Assembly: GCA_002269645.1 (NCBI GenBank)
Contig: NIVC01004081.1
Span: forward strand, 1-61,435
Length of the DNA stretch: 61,435 bases
Source: Macrostomum lignano
Lineage: Eukaryota
Direction: 5' to 3'
The notes under the pieces are model-generated. The model was not told where the DNA came from and did no database searches. It saw only the letters and a list, made by a program, of their open reading frames with translations. A program made the position numbers and the translations under genes. Below are positions 27,544 to 42,970 of the stretch, one piece after another (position 1 is the first letter of the stretch; each line of letters starts with the position of its first letter).

Positions 27544-30454
27544 ATATAGCATCGCAATCAAAAAGTTTAGCCTCATGATCAGAAGGCTTGTACGATGAGA
27601 GAGGGTCGTACCACTACCCGTGTCAGTTCTTTAATCTTTTTCAGTTGTGGTTTGAGGTTTTTTTTCTCTGTTGTAAAAAAGACGAAACAAATTTTCAAAC
27701 ACGCAGGCCCAACTTCCGGGCTGCTTCAGCAGAAAATTACAAGAAGCCGGACTGAAAAAACTTGGAAAATGATGAAAGAAGGAAGCGAAAAAAGGGTGGC
27801 CCAACTGTGTGAATCATGCGCTGGGAGTTGCGCTAAGGGAAGTGGGAACTCCCGTAGTGACGGGGGGACCTGAGATTTTGCTAGAGCGAAGGAGGCGCGC
27901 CGTAATTGAGGCCTTTTTCTTGCAAGGAAGCGCTTCATCTTCTGCTTTTTCTTCAATACTCTTTTACCCGTTAACTTCTCATCTTAGTTTGCCCTATCGC
28001 CGCATGGCTTTTTTCAAATTGATTAATTATGCTTCCTAGATTACTTGGGAATTTATTAAACTTTCGCTTTGAAGTTTCTGTTAGATCGAACTGATCGGGG
28101 TCATTAAGCAGAACTGCCTCAGACGGTCATGCATTAGAGACGCCACGCCACGCCCCTTCGGGGGGGGGGGGCAGATGGCTAGTTCGCCAATACTAATCTT
28201 AACTAGAAATTTTACAACGTAGAGGCATTTGAAATTTCACCAACTAAAAAGTATCGAATAAAACGTTTTAAAAAAGTTTTTGACAAGGATTTTTCTGTTG
28301 ATCCGTTTCTATCCGAAAAAAACTGGCTACAGTGCGGCGTAAAGTGTCAGACACATGGAGACAGAGGAAGCCGTATGCAGCTCACATAAAATCCAGCTAT
28401 ACACCTCACACTGCACTGCCTTCTCCATTGCATATCTAATTCATTAGACGGCGGGTGGTAACTGAGCCCGAGAATTTCTTAATCGATTCCCCTAGGCAGA
28501 CAGGGGAGACAAGATCATAGAAACGTCGGTAAGCTGCCGATGTCTCACTGACAATGAGATTATTTACAATGCTGAGATTGAATCCTAGACGCTAGATCCC
28601 AGAGGTAGGTTTAAAAAAATACCAGATGTACATGCAGCTAATTGAAAAGAAGTGTCAAGTCAAGTAAGTATAGGCGCGTGCACTGATCCTACTGAGAGTT
28701 GATCCGCTGACTCACCGCACGCGCACAGGAAAGTGAGCGGCCGGTTTATAATAATAGAGAAATGAGAACATTAATGTAAAGTGATCGAGTGGGTGCTCAA
28801 TAATAATGAGGCTCATTGTCAGCCCCGGAGACACGACAGGCAAGTGTTTTCCTGGGCAACCCGCCACCTCCCAGACTAAGAAGGATGAGCTCACGGCTCT
28901 GACAGCCCCGCGATTGACAATTGAAAATTGCAGCATGCAGTGCAGCTGACAGGCGCGCACCCCTTGCGTCTGTCTGCAGCAGCGCAAGTCTGACATGTTT
29001 TTTCTGCTCTCCGGCCAACCCTCCTCTCTGCTGCCAGTTGGCACAGAGTGCAGCCGTGGCGGCAGCAGCGGCGGCGGCGGCGGCTGCGGCAGCCTCAATG
29101 CGACTGGCTGGCGCCACAGCTTCGGCTCAGGCGGACAGGGGGTTGGGGTTGGGAGGCGAGAGGAGGCGGTGGGGCGGCGGCTCACGACAACTCATAGCAG
29201 TGTATGAGCGGCCACACCAGCAAGCGGGGGGAGAAACCAAGAGACACTAGAGGGAGAGGGTGGTTGGCAGAATAGGTGACACAGCGGAAGGTGCCGATCG
29301 TGGCGGCGGCGGCGGTGAAGGCCGCGTGTAATGAAGGCGGGGCAGAGTTTAGCGCCGCGAGACAGACGGACCTACCGGTAGACGCGCGCTCACAATTGGA
29401 TATAAAGGAGCCGTTTCTCCTCGCGTCGAAGTCTCTTAGAGTCTCTGACACGCAAGGCGTCTCATATATGCTTACTCTAAAACGCTTACACTTTTTGTAG
29501 GACAGGGGGGGGGGCAGGTACCATGCCGCAACAATGAGTTCCGCTGCTGTCTCCGACTGAGGAGCTGCGTGCAGAGGAGGTGAGGGCGCTGCAGTTGTCT
29601 CCTGTTCTTCTGTCTCTGACACACTCCGGTAGCAGTCAAATTGTATCTGACTGCCCCTCCCTCCACCTGAGTGCGTGACAAGAGTCCCAGGAAATTTGTT
29701 TCTGCCAATACTAGAATAGCCGCAGATCTTGGCGTTAGCGTAGATAGGTAAAGTGAGCGAACCGAGGTAGCAGACTGACTGATTGACATGTGGCTGGCTG
29801 ACAAATGCTTTGCAGATAAATGCACTCTCCAAGGAGAGAAAGTATAGACAGAAATTAGCTTAGTTATTGGATTGGATTGACTCAGTTTCTTCGAAACGAA
29901 TTGCACCGATCGATTCATAGCGAGACATGCAGTTCTAATCTCCACTGCTTGATAAATTAGGAAAGTAGAACGATCCTCTCTAATAGAAAACGTGCCAGCA
30001 TGCAAGTCTGTGCTTGGAATTGTAAATTTTTCGAATTCAATAAGTTTTTGCGCCAACTGCCCGATGCCAAGACAGAAACCGGCACTGCTGTTTGTCCAAG
30101 CCTCGAGATTTTACTCTGCGAGACATTTGTGTTTAAAATGAAAACTGTTCGTGTTCGCTGAAGATTAGCTGGCTTCGGGCTAATTTTCTTTGTTTGCAGT
30201 TCCTTCTCGCCCGCGGCTCTGTCACTCCGCGGCCCCAAAGCACTGGCTATTCGCTACAATCTTAAGACCCTTGGTCTGTTTGCATTGCGACATTTCGAGT
30301 TCGGACCGCACGGCTCGCACACTAAAGTTGGCCTGGTCACTAAAGACTGCTCGAAACTTGCTGTCATGGTTAAATAAAGTCGTGGGGCTGAGCAGCTGAG
30401 CAGCTGAGCGGTAACGCGTCCGACTCGTGACAGAAATCTCTGGGTCTGATTTTG

Positions 30455-31186
<732 letters not shown>

Positions 31187-32897
31187 TGATAAAGCAGTCA
31201 CTCCAGTGCAACAAAACTTGACAGCTGACTGACACACGGACTGTCCACTGCGAATGCCATTACAGGTGGAAATTCGGCAGCAACTAATCTGCAGGTGAAT
31301 CTGCTTTGACGCACGGGGATTAAGCTTCTCCGCCTACAGCAGTGGATACGGGGGGAGAAGATTAAGTCGGCAAAGTGGATAGCTGCGGGGAAGCCGCACA
31401 GTCGGTTGATGAGGCGAGTGACGCAACAGCATGGAGTGAGTCACTGAGGAATCAGCAGAGGCAGGAAAATGAGCTGCCTCAAAATTGATATATTTTAAGA
31501 CTTCTAAATCAGTCGCTTTTAAATTTTTTTCTACAAGGCCCTCATCTCGCAGGCTCTGTGCTTTCCGCAGTTCTTGCCCCTATCGTTCGGGCAGCTGAAA
31601 TTTGAAACACAGCATCCGACATCATCCCTGCGATTCCTCCGCAAAGGTAAAGACATTTTTCAAGATGCTGGCGACTTTGTAATTCCATTCTACACAAAGA
31701 GAGACGATGTAAATCTATAAAAAAATTCCTTCAGTTAAAAGCATTCTCAGTTAACCAATGCTCGGACGCTAATCAAAGACGTCTATATAAATAGTATCTG
31801 GACCGAATTAGAGGTCCTCGGATCGGACTGTTCGAAGTCCACTCAGTGGAATAGAAACGCAGAATGAATTCAGTCTAGTCTACCCATTCGCAGACCTATT
31901 GTTAGTATCCGCAGGATCCACATCGCACAGAGAGCTAGAATAATCACGGATCTCTGCTATCAATCAGCAGATTTTGGTGAACAGGACAGAAAATGAAATA
32001 CACTTTAGATCGCAGGGCACTCGCCAGCCTGTTCTATCAGGCTAGGAGCGCAAGAGGCCTTGTGCTGCAACAGAAACCAAGATTGACTTACTGATTTCCC
32101 AATGGCTTCTGAATTTTCTCACTTCCTGTTGCCCTGTTGCTGTTGTACCTTCGGGCAATTCATCAGCGGGGTTGGGGGTTGTGTCAGACCCTCAGTCTTG
32201 GCGCGAAGCCCCTCGTAAATCGAGGCAATTTTATCGTTTGCTTTTCGGCCCCGTGCAGAAAGCGAGGAATTGTACAGGAATCTCCCCATTTGCTTCGGTT
32301 GTCAAGGAAGTCGTGTAGTTGCTAATTGAATGTCTCCCAAAAGATAAGGTTCCGCGGGATCAATTTCAGGCTCTCTGGCGAATCCTGGGAATTCTGTTGG
32401 GCCTCTCCCAAGTTTCTAGAGTAAGCGCGTGGCAAATATCCCACGGTAAGGACACGTCATGGCCTGCTAAAACAAAGGCCCTTAGGGTCAGTGGATAAAA
32501 GCCCATTATAAAAGTGTACAACAGCAGCGCCAGCAGCAGAGGTTAATTGTTCTCTCCAATTTCTGGTTCCCGCCAAAAGGAGCCTCACAAAGAGTAGAAC
32601 AAAAATTGTGGCGAAGTCTCAGTCAGAGACACAAGAAAAGAAGCAGCCAAGAACTGGGTCTGCAGACACGGCACCAATATCAGATTGTAATTGCTGCTAT
32701 GATACCGGCAGACTCCATCATCTTCTGTGGCGAGAATTTGTGACTTTTCTCTCTCTCTGGCGCATCATATTGAAAAAAACCCGGTAAAACTGTTGTGCCA
32801 GGTCCGGACCTGGGCGGCAATTGGGCCGCGAAAATCTCAACACTGCTTTGGGAGTGGGACTGCTTTGGAAAGAAATTTTCACTCTTCCCATAAAGTA

Positions 32898-33125
32898 TAG
32901 CAACGCCTTCAGCGACACCGTCCCATACGCGGGCGCGCACTCGTACACACGCTCACACAGGGTGTACAGCAGCCCTGACTTTCTAACCATCAGACATGTA
33001 CACTATCTGTGCCTTGGGGGTTGTTCCTCATGGCTGCGAATGCTACGATCAACCCCCCCCCTCATGAATGTGGCGAATCGAACCAGGGACCTTGTTGTGT
33101 AAACTGAACAAAATGCTATAGCCTG
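32898..33125 (-). mobile_element. SINE-like copy with the best-preserved tRNA-like head
   Basis: Minus strand: GGCTATAGCA...CCCTGGTTCGATTCGCC head, then body shared with other copies. Confidence 0.6.
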
Positions 33126-33867
33126 CAGTGTCTGAAAATAAGGGCCGTAGTCAGCCTTCCGGATTCTGGCCCAAGGCCGTCCGTCCGTGCCCCGAGCATC
33201 GAAAACTGACTGCTTTTTACTCTAGATGAAGAGCTGCGCAATATGCTTGATAATACTGTTTTATAATTGTCGATAGGAAATATTGGTGAATGAAAATGTT
33301 GATTTCCCTTTTATACGCAGCCTGTGTTTATGTTATGCTTCGCTTAACTCATAATAAAGTCGAGTGCCGATCCCGCTGACTTGTTAAACGCAGCAGTTTA
33401 GACCCGGCAACAGCTTTTAGTCCCGCGAATTGTTTTGGCAATGAAAACAATGGGCCGGGCCTGTGTCATCGCATCTGCGGTGCCTACGAGCCTGAATATC
33501 CCCCAGCCCGTGCAAATCCCAGGGGCGCAATTGACGAAAGCCATGCGAGAGTCTGGCCTGAAACTTCTGTTCCCAGCGGGCCCCGCCCTGGCAACCCACC
33601 GGATAGATGAAGGATCTTTCAGCCTCTCGTAAGGGAATAAGAATATAAAAACTCCGTCAAAATATTTGTTTTAAACATCAGACGGAAGCCAGAAACGATG
33701 CATCATTATAATATTATTCTAAAAAATAGAAATTCTTACCTTGGTAACCGACTTGTCCCGGCGGCGTCTGCCGAGCGCTGGGCAGAGGCTGGTGGGCCGA
33801 AAGCAAAGGGGAATCGTCTACTGACTGCGGCGGTGGCTGTGGCGGCTGGGAGTCTGCGGGTGCGTTC

Positions 33868-34352
33868 AGATGAGGATGAGGCTGGGGATGAGAATGAAGA
33901 TGAGGCTGTGAATAGGAATGAAGATGAGGCTGTGGATCAGAATGAAGATGAGGCTGTGAATCAGAATGAAGATGAGGCTGTGGATCAGAATGAAGATGAG
34001 GCTGTGGATCAGAATGAAGATGAGGCTGTGGATCAGAATGAAGATGAGGCTGTGAATCAGAATGAAGATGAGGCTGTGAATCAGAATGAAGATGAGGCTG
34101 TGGATCAGAATGAAGATGAGGCTGTGGATCAGAATGAAGATGAGGCTGTGGATCAGAATGAAGATGAGGCTGTGAATCAGAATGAAGATGAGGCTGTGAA
34201 TCAGAATGAAGATGAGGCTGTGGATCAGAATGAAGATGAGGCTGTGGATCAGAATGAAGATGAGGCTGGTGATGAGGATGAAGATGAGGCTGTTGATGAG
34301 GATGAAGATGAGGCTGTGGGTGAGGATGAAGATGAGGCTGTGGATGAGGATG
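33868..34352. repeat. 24-bp minisatellite (GATGAGGCTGTG[G/A]ATCAGAATGAA)n
   Basis: About 20 units visible. Confidence 0.95.
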
Positions 34353-36356
34353 CTGAAAAGAATGCACACAAAAGAATGAATTTAAACATTGTTTAGATGT
34401 GATTAAATTCAGTACGAGGATGGGAACAAGTTGAAAGCAGTACCCAAAAAAACAATTAAAAAAGATATTTTCGCTTTTTTCAGTGTCCATTTATCAAATG
34501 AAAGATACAATCTTATATTGATCTCCATTCTCGCTTCTCCCCCCGAGAGTTCGAGCTGGCAAATCCTGGGCCGACCAGAGACTAGCGCAGCAAAAAAAGG
34601 AAGTGGTCAGCTATGATAAAAGAGTAAAAAAAATTCAACCAGACAAAGCCAACTGGAGACTGGATGATGAAGCCTCTCGGAAGTCCAGGCGCCAGTTAGC
34701 GGCCCCGGTAATTAATCACCACGAATTGACATTCGCTGGAGATGCGGGAGGGAAAGCAGCGGCGACCTTCGATTGCGTCATCACTGACTGGCCAGGGGGT
34801 TTGTTGGGTTTGGCAGTTTTGGGAGAAAGCGACGCGGCTCAGGAATCGGGACAATAGGACTGAGACTGGCACATGAAGATAATGGCTATGCCAAGCTTAT
34901 TCAGGCGTAGTTAAATATTAAAATATCGTAAATATGACACAGTGCGGAGGAAAACTTTAACGCCAACCGCTTCATCTGCTCAGCGGGGCAGTTTTTAGTC
35001 GAGGAAAAAAAACTTTTTTATCCCATCTGCTAAGCACGCAGCCATTTGCGTTATCCATTATTCACAAAGAAATGTCAATCCTCAATCTAGGCCTGAGTGC
35101 CCGAGTCAGCAGCGCACAATGGGATTATCAACCTCAAGATGGGCAGGAAGATAAGCTCGCTGTGGGAAAAAATTTTTTCGATTGATGGAGCAAAAGAAAA
35201 TCGAAAAAAAGAGACGTAAAAAGCCAGAAGGAATTCGTGTGCGCGTTTTTTTGGATTGGCCAAAAAGCTCATGCATCAAATCCACCCAGCGGCTCTGGCA
35301 TTGTCAAGCGTCAACAATATCGTCTGGCCATTTGGACCGAGCGGCACAGGCAGGGGAGGCAAGTCCTGGTGCGGCTGGGCGGATACGAGTCTGATGAGGA
35401 ATAATGTTACTGCTCAGCGCTGATCAAAGGGCTTTCAATATTCGGCCTAGCAGGCATGGGTGCTACAGGCAGTCCGCTGTCTGTTTGACCGGCTTTTCTC
35501 AATGCCCATCTGCTCATCCACCGCCCCTCTCAGCCTCCTGTTTGCAATTAATAAGCTGCTCCTCTACCCTCGAGTGTAAGAATGCAAAGCTCTCGTTTGT
35601 CTGCGCAATTAGAAATACAAAACACACACACAGACGCATGAACCGAGGGGTTCGGGTGAGCTAATGGGGATCTGGGAGGAGGGGGGATAAATCTGACATG
35701 CTGCAGTCCGGTAGGGAAGAGGAGGGGAGAGAGATTATCCTCAGCGTGTTATCCTAAACATCTGTGCAGTACAGAATGCTACCTGTTTGGCTAGCATGCC
35801 TCAGAATGTAAGGACAAGCGAATCAAAACTCGGTAGTTGCACCGATCAAGCGACAGACTGACAGAAAAAATTCAATTTCTGATAAATTTATCAAGCTCCA
35901 GATGATGAACTGGGAAGCTGGACAAGGAAAATGTGGCGGTGCTGGCAAAGCGATGGAAATTGAAGGCCACTTTGAGCAGGGGCGAAGACGAGCGGTGAGC
36001 CTCAGGTGCAGCGGCTCACCAATCCAGGTGAAGTCGCCATTATTATTGTAAGAATTTTTTTTCAATTGAGCAACGCCAGGGCTGATTAGAGCCCGGCCAG
36101 CAGGGCTGAGGGCGAGGCGGCGCATCTGTGACGCGATTTTATTTCCCTAAACGCCGCGATTTTCATCTGGGCCAAGCAAGCACAGCTGGTGCCAACCTGA
36201 ACAGTGATTTGACGATAGGCTCGACTCAAAATATCGGTTGCTGAAGCCTCAGTATGAAGAGATCCGGGCTGTTTACTTTAGCAGGCAGATTCCCCTGGGG
36301 CAGCTGCGGCTGAACATGCGGGGTGGGGACGGATTTCTGCGCAAGAGAAAAAATCA

Positions 36357-36359
<3 letters not shown>

Positions 36360-36396
<37 letters not shown>
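36360..36396. repeat. (AG)n microsatellite
   Basis: Directly visible. Confidence 0.95.
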
Positions 36397-36397
<1 letters not shown>

Positions 36398-39300
36398 AGG
36401 GTGCGAAATTCAATCGGCGGATGATGCGTCACAAATTTTTAGATAAATTTTCAATTTTTCATTTTTTAAAGAGCCAGAGGCGAGAAGACGAGCCCGTGGA
36501 GACAGGCGCCCAAGGGGGGTATGAATCACATGCTGCAACAGCAGCTATTTATAAATATAGATAAATCTTCCCCAAAACTACTTCGAGCGGAAACTATTCC
36601 AGCCTGACTTTCTTAAGAAGAATCACAGGGGGGATGCAGAAAATCAGTAAGACTACGAAATGCTTTCAAGGAGTCAGCTTTAGGGAGTCTGAAGTGTCTA
36701 TGAAAAACATGAAATAGTATAGTTTCTTTTTGCGATTCAACTTTCTCGACTGAAGCATGTTTCGCACGACTACTTAGCGGCTCCCTCCGCGACAAAAGAA
36801 CCCATCTCAGCTCACCGGGATCGCCAATCGCCACCATGAGTCGCATGTGCTTCTGCTGACAGGCGCCGCCGCTCAACTGCTCCAGGCCGGACCGATCGCC
36901 TGTTGACGGGCCTGCGAGAGGCGAAGGAGCACTTGAGATATGACTTGTTGAGTGTGACACACTGTGAAACTAACCAATGCCCAGGAAACTAACAAATTTA
37001 AACTATAGCTGTAGGAAATGAAAGGCACTTCAATAAGCTAATAGCAATTTGTGTCCTCACTTACTGAACAAAAACACGGGCCTGTCAAAAGTTGGCGCAT
37101 CCGGAATCGGCGAAAAGTCCGTCACTAGATAGGCCCCTGTGCTGCCGGCGTGCCGGCACTCCAGCAGGAAGAAAACCTGAGGAGCCTCCACGAGACACTT
37201 CGCGGCAGCTGCGGAGCTGTGGGTCTGCGAGCGGGAGTTGGGAGGCTGGTTTTACTCGTAGCCAAATCAGTCATTTTTGTCTCAACTAAAATTCCAACGG
37301 AAAACGGCCATCTCGCATACTTTAAAATACATGTACTTTGGCTAGACGCACAAGTAAACACAGTACCGAGTCTAAGATTGTCTCAAACGAAGACAAAGAC
37401 CACTGACTCACCCAGTAGATCTTGTAGAACTCTGTCCCACTAGTCGGGCAGACGATGACAAGGCGATCATTTTTTGGTACGAAGAAGCCTCCGCGGGCAG
37501 CCGACTGCACGAAGCTGCAAGTAAACGATCAAGAGTGACCATTTTGAAGCATCGTTGAATTCTTTTAGTTCGAGTGAAAAGCAAAGCTAGAAAAAAGACA
37601 AAGCGATTCTGTACGCTTGGTCGCGCGTTAATGCTTGTTTCTAGGCCTGAAATACTCGCAGGTGTTACCATAGACACGGACAGCTAGTGTTTAGTTCGAG
37701 TTCGACCCACCGTAACCCGCAACCGTGCCGCTCTTTAGTCCAATGCCAATCATGCAAACACATTGGGCTACAGCAGGCTGCTTGTCAAGCCCGGCATGCG
37801 GGGCCCGGCGGGTCCGCAACGAGTTGCCGGTCACGCAAACTCCAGCTGTAGGCAGACCGGCTATTTGGGAGCTAAGAGAGTGGAGAATCGGAGCGCCGCC
37901 TGCAGAGAGGAAGAGTTACTGGACCGAAGGGGGAACCGTCAGGACGCGCGGCGGGGGGCCACAAGGTGCCCGACAGTGGGCCAACTATAGTGTGGGCTTG
38001 AGAACACACAGCACTCCTTCATCATTCACCGACCGTCGACTGGCTGAGCAGCCCACAAGAACGGGAGGGGCGATGGGGCTGAGCAAAATCGCTTTTCCCG
38101 GGGCGCAAGGTTTTTCTTTCTCTACCCACTGTTAGCGATTTCACGCCTGACCACTCGCCGCCGCCTATGCCTGCCGACCATAGGCGTGGGAGGCGAGCGA
38201 CTTCAAGACACGGAAGATAGCTGAGACTGCCCCGAGGGCCCCCCACTCTGTCTCCTCCTCCCTGCCGCCTTGCTTCTCTATAAAACTTAAGCGACTTCGC
38301 GGTTTTCCAACATTCTCTTTGTGCCTCCCTCCTCCAAATGCCTCTCAAATTCACCGATGCTGCACGCGAGGTTTCTAGATAGATCATCGCTCTTTCTAGC
38401 TAGCCAAGCACTTATGTTATAGCTCTGTTTGTTGTGTGTTTGCTTGTACGAGTAGAAGCAATCGGACACAATCCCCTGTAGAGGGTTTCAGTGCACTGAT
38501 TACTCTCGAATGGTGCAGCTTTCTGCTGCATTCAATTAATAGGAAATATCAATTTTTGCAGCACCAAGTTCCTAATTTCTCAAATCCTGAGCTGACCTTT
38601 CGAATAGCAAATGAAGCTTTTGTTTGTTTGTGTGGATATTTACAAATAAAAAGCTAATGGCTAAGGATGAGGAACGGACCAGTCTGTCGGAAACTTTACT
38701 TCGATTATAGTAGGCTCTTCTACCATCAGCTTCACAACTCAGTCAAGTAGCTATTTAACTTGTTGTTCGGGCACTGATGAAATTCACACCATTATTCCCA
38801 AGCCATATTTAATAAATCAGGTAGAAGAGCTTATTGACTTGTCAAGAAAGAGATGGGCTGGCAGGTCCCAACTCCCAACGGAGGTAAGAAAGTTGAGAAA
38901 GAGAATCGGAGATAGATAGCAATCATTGAGCCGTTCCGCTGCTCAATGGCTCATCACAGCCTAGTGCCAAGCATTAGTGCACCCTGAGACCAGCCTAGGC
39001 AATTGCCGCCTCTTCAGCAGGTAATTTATTTCTCCCAGATTGGCGCCATCAAGTTTCCCGGCGTCCAGACACGCGGGTGGTCCACCCCCTCCCCTGGCCC
39101 ATCCGTCAGCGCAGTCGTCAAAGGGAAAGATTTCCTTCCCTCTTTACTCCAGGTAATCTTCCCCCATCACACAGGTCGTCTCCCGCCACTCTCCCAGATT
39201 ACAATCTCCTCACTGCTTTGAGTCATCATGCCAGGCAACAGGTACTCAAGAATCCACACAGCATGGCGAAGTAACCCGAGCGAGACTGTTTCTCCATTTT

Positions 39301-42300
39301 TTTAAGTCAAACAAAAGAAGCCACTGAAACATTGTAACATTGAATTTAGAGATTTAGAAAAAGAAAATGCAGGATCCGAAATATAAACAGGATTTTCGAG
39401 ATTGGAAATGCTAAATGGCTAGAATCAGAATGTCAGAACATGGGCACTGTAATTTTAAACTTATGTGTCAGTCTATGATGGCAACCCAGTCACACTGTCC
39501 ACAGCCTCTACAGAAGTTATTTTCTGTTATTTTCAACTTAGAGAAAAATTTACATGCTGTTGTATGTATGCATTTATCATTGTATCAAAGAAATCAGTAC
39601 CTTATCCCGGACCATGTTCATATACTATGTATTAGTAGGTAGGGACAACATGCATTCCTGTCCATTTTTGCGCCGAGTCCTTTGGTAGGAATGGAATGTG
39701 GAATCTAAGCTTGGCAAGTTTGCTAGCTCGTATTGGTCTTCACTCTCTGTCTGCCTCTCAGGACTGATAAACTATTATCCCCAACCCCTATTAGACTCAG
39801 GATTTGCATATCATGAGTGCCGAAGTTCGTCCTATATAGCTTGTTTGCAATTCTCGCATCCCTGCCCGAGCTTGCTTCCCAATGGGAATTCGTTCCCAAA
39901 CAGCGGATGCCCCCCCAGCATTACAAAACGAGAGAACCAGATGCAAATCCCAAAATCTGATCCCAAAAAGAAACTCGGCAGCGCATCTCAGCAAAACTAT
40001 TCTCGTTTTTTTTGAATAGGCTAGCTTTATGGGATGCAGGCAGCGCCAGCGCGAGTTCATAGCGTCGTCGTACACAAGTAGCTTTTTGTGTTTCCACGAT
40101 TCAATCCGGAAGTTTTTGGATAATCCCGCTTGATCACGGCTCGTAGAAAAAACCTAATTTAAAGATTTTCAACAGGAATTTAAAGGGTGAATGTGTGCTG
40201 AAATTTTCTTTGCTTCCCAGAAGTACTAAACTTTTTGAGTTTTCTCTAGTATTTCTTACTTTGATGTTAGGAGCGTAGTTTCGCAACATTGTTTCCATTT
40301 TACAATGACATATCACAGAACATTACTTTGCTGCACCAACAAGTACAGGTGTGACTTAACGTTTCAAGTCCATAACGATGTTTGCAACAAAAATATTTCT
40401 GTGAAATAATTTCAACTGCAAACCAGACTAAATCAGATTTTAGTACTCTCGAGAAGCGAAAAACATTTAGCACATTTCATTTCTAGAAGCTTAAAAATCA
40501 TTTTTTAACCACAGGATGTTTAACTTCAAGTCAATGTGAAGTTTAGGGAATTGTGAAATCCTCTTTCTAAAAGGTTCTAGAATCGATAGTAACTAAAGTA
40601 CTAAACTTGCAAAAATGGGGGTTGGACATGTCAGTGACTCAGTGTCGCTTCGCTTCTTTGGGTGTGGATCGAAGCGGACAGTCTTTTCTGTACGGGCTTA
40701 TCACATTTGGAACGAAAAAAAATAAGCCAATGTACATACATATGTACATTACAAACTGACGAAACTGGCCTACCCCTAGAATTTCTCGTCCCAGCCATAC
40801 CCCCACCCCCGCCGCCTAATATCGATTATCGGAGTCAGACAAACAACCCCAAGGGTGGAGGAATGCAACCACCACCCCAAGAGCCGCTGTGCAATAAACG
40901 TATAACCCTCTATAGTAAAATGTAGCACAGCATAAAAGCGATAAACACATGTTTTATACATGCAAGCCCCTTTATTCTGATTAGTGATGAGGACGCCATC
41001 GGCAGGGACATAGCCAGTGGCCACGAGGCCACAAGTGTGGCAATGGCAAGGCCCCCCCCCGACACCCCCGCTGGCAAGATCCTGGCGACGCTGAAAATAA
41101 AAGTAGAGCCTGTACTTACACAGAACTAGTCGCATTCCAGTAGACAATTCGATCCTTTCTACTGTTAGAAGGTGCTGTTGAAACGCAGGAACTCCAGCAG
41201 ACCAGCAGAAGCACCAGGCAATCAAGCCGGCAGATGCAGCCGAGCTTCTCCAGTCGCATGACAACTTTACAGTTGTTTTTGGCGTAGTTTTAGGTGGATT
41301 ATAAATTATTGTGTCTCTTATGATTGGGGCTTTATTATCAAGTAGGCAGACCTTGCATACTTGACTAGAAAAGGCAAGCAGTTCAGCTTTGTTGGCTATC
41401 AAAATATTAATATTCGATCAAGTGCTATATAGCTTGTATGCGGCGAGGAACAATTAGCGTATCGGAGGTAAGAGGTTGCATTCCACGGCTCTTATATTAA
41501 TACCTGAGAGCCCAGCCTGCTACCTTACAGCTAGCTCCGACCATTCCTATTGGCTGGCAAGTTGGGACCCAACTGAAACAGGCGCATGCAGTATAACCAT
41601 GCATTTTCTACATTCTACGAGCGTACTAACAGTAGTGCAAAGTGATTGTGAAATGCTCCAATGAAAAAATGTGAAACGCCAGCTCTACAGGTGCGTGCGA
41701 CTGCTATTAGAAGCTGGCTGCATCGAGCTGCTTCTCAGAATAGTGCATCGTAGTATTTCAAAAACAAACTCGCCGCCTCAATCATTAAGCCGTCGCTTCC
41801 CAGGGTAACGGGGCAACCACGTCAGGTGGAGCTCAAAAGCCACGCTGGTTTCCTCAAACTGCTGACCTGCTGGCTAAGGCCGGGCCCTGTCTCGGTGAGA
41901 CCTCGAGCAGACACTCTGGACAGACTTTAAGCATCTCCATGACACTCGGAATTGCAAGCGATCCCGTGCTACCACCCCTTCCCTGCCCTCCCCCCTTCTG
42001 CGTAGAGCCCTCCTTTGGCTCAACCGCAGGGATCTTAGAGCAGTCAGCATGGCCTCTCAGGCCGTGGCTGCTTTTTCTCCCCATCGTTTCCTCCAGGGCA
42101 AGTTACCTAAGGAGCGATGCACCCTTTTAGCCGTTTAGGCAGTGAAAACGCTGAGCACTTCATCGGTTTTCACCAGGGCAAGTCTGATCACTGACATGGG
42201 GCCAAACCCAGTTCTCTCCGGCGAATGCAGGCCCGAGAGCATGCCGTTGCTTTCTCGCGTTACATGTACCTCACGGACACGAAACCAGCTGATTTCTTCC

Positions 42301-42524
42301 CCACTGCTGTTGGGGACCGCGCGGAAGGCGAGACCGATGGGTTCCCCCTGAACATTACTTCGTTGGATGTTGCATGTTGGTCGCCAGGGCAGCTAGAGGA
42401 ATGGGCGGTCTCCGCCTCCACGCTTCATAATCCCTTGCAGCTCCTTGCAACAAAGTCAAGTCAATAAGTCATAGATCATCCAATAGGCTTTCCGCTATTT
42501 CCGTCTTTTTTCTGTAGTCCTCTT

Positions 42525-42970
42525 TAACAGGCCGCTCACAGTTTCTTATTGTTTCTGTGGTCCTCTAGCGGGCCGCTCAGTTTTTCATTGTTTCTGTGGT
42601 CCTCTAGCGGGCCGCTCACAGTTTCTCATTGTTTCTGTGGTCCTCTAGCGGGCCGCTCACAGATTCTCATTGTTTCTGTGGTCCTCTCAGTTTCTCATTG
42701 TTTCTGTGGTCCTCTAGCGGGCCGCTCACAGATTCTCATTGTTTCTGTGGTCCTCTCAGTTTCTCATTGTTTCTGTGGTCCTCTCAGTTTCTCATTGTTT
42801 CTGTGGTCCTCTCAGTTTCTCATTGTTTCTGTGGTCCTCTAGCGGGCCGCTCACAGATTCTCATTGTTTCTGTGGTCCTCTAGCGGGCCGCTCAGTTTCT
42901 CTTTGTTTCTGTGGTCCTCTCACAGTTTCTCATTGTTTCTGTGGTCCTCTAACGGGACGCTCACAGTTTC
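42525..42970. repeat. Composite minisatellite (CAGTTTCTCATTGTTTCTGTGGTCCTCT with or without AGCGGGCCGCTCA)n
   Basis: Long and short unit variants visible. Confidence 0.9.

Noticed and set aside
33698-34490. ATG-initiated acidic (NEDEAVDQ)n ORF and the overlapping His/Pro-rich and Ile-rich antisense ORFs
   Set aside because: A 24-bp unit that lacks stops in several frames; the flanks are not protein-like, and it sits like the other intronic arrays.
34600-41100. Numerous 60-140 aa ORFs and short G/C-run motifs suggestive of MITE remnants
   Set aside because: No recognisable domains or consistent splice chain, and no clear TIR plus TSD pairs could be established by eye.
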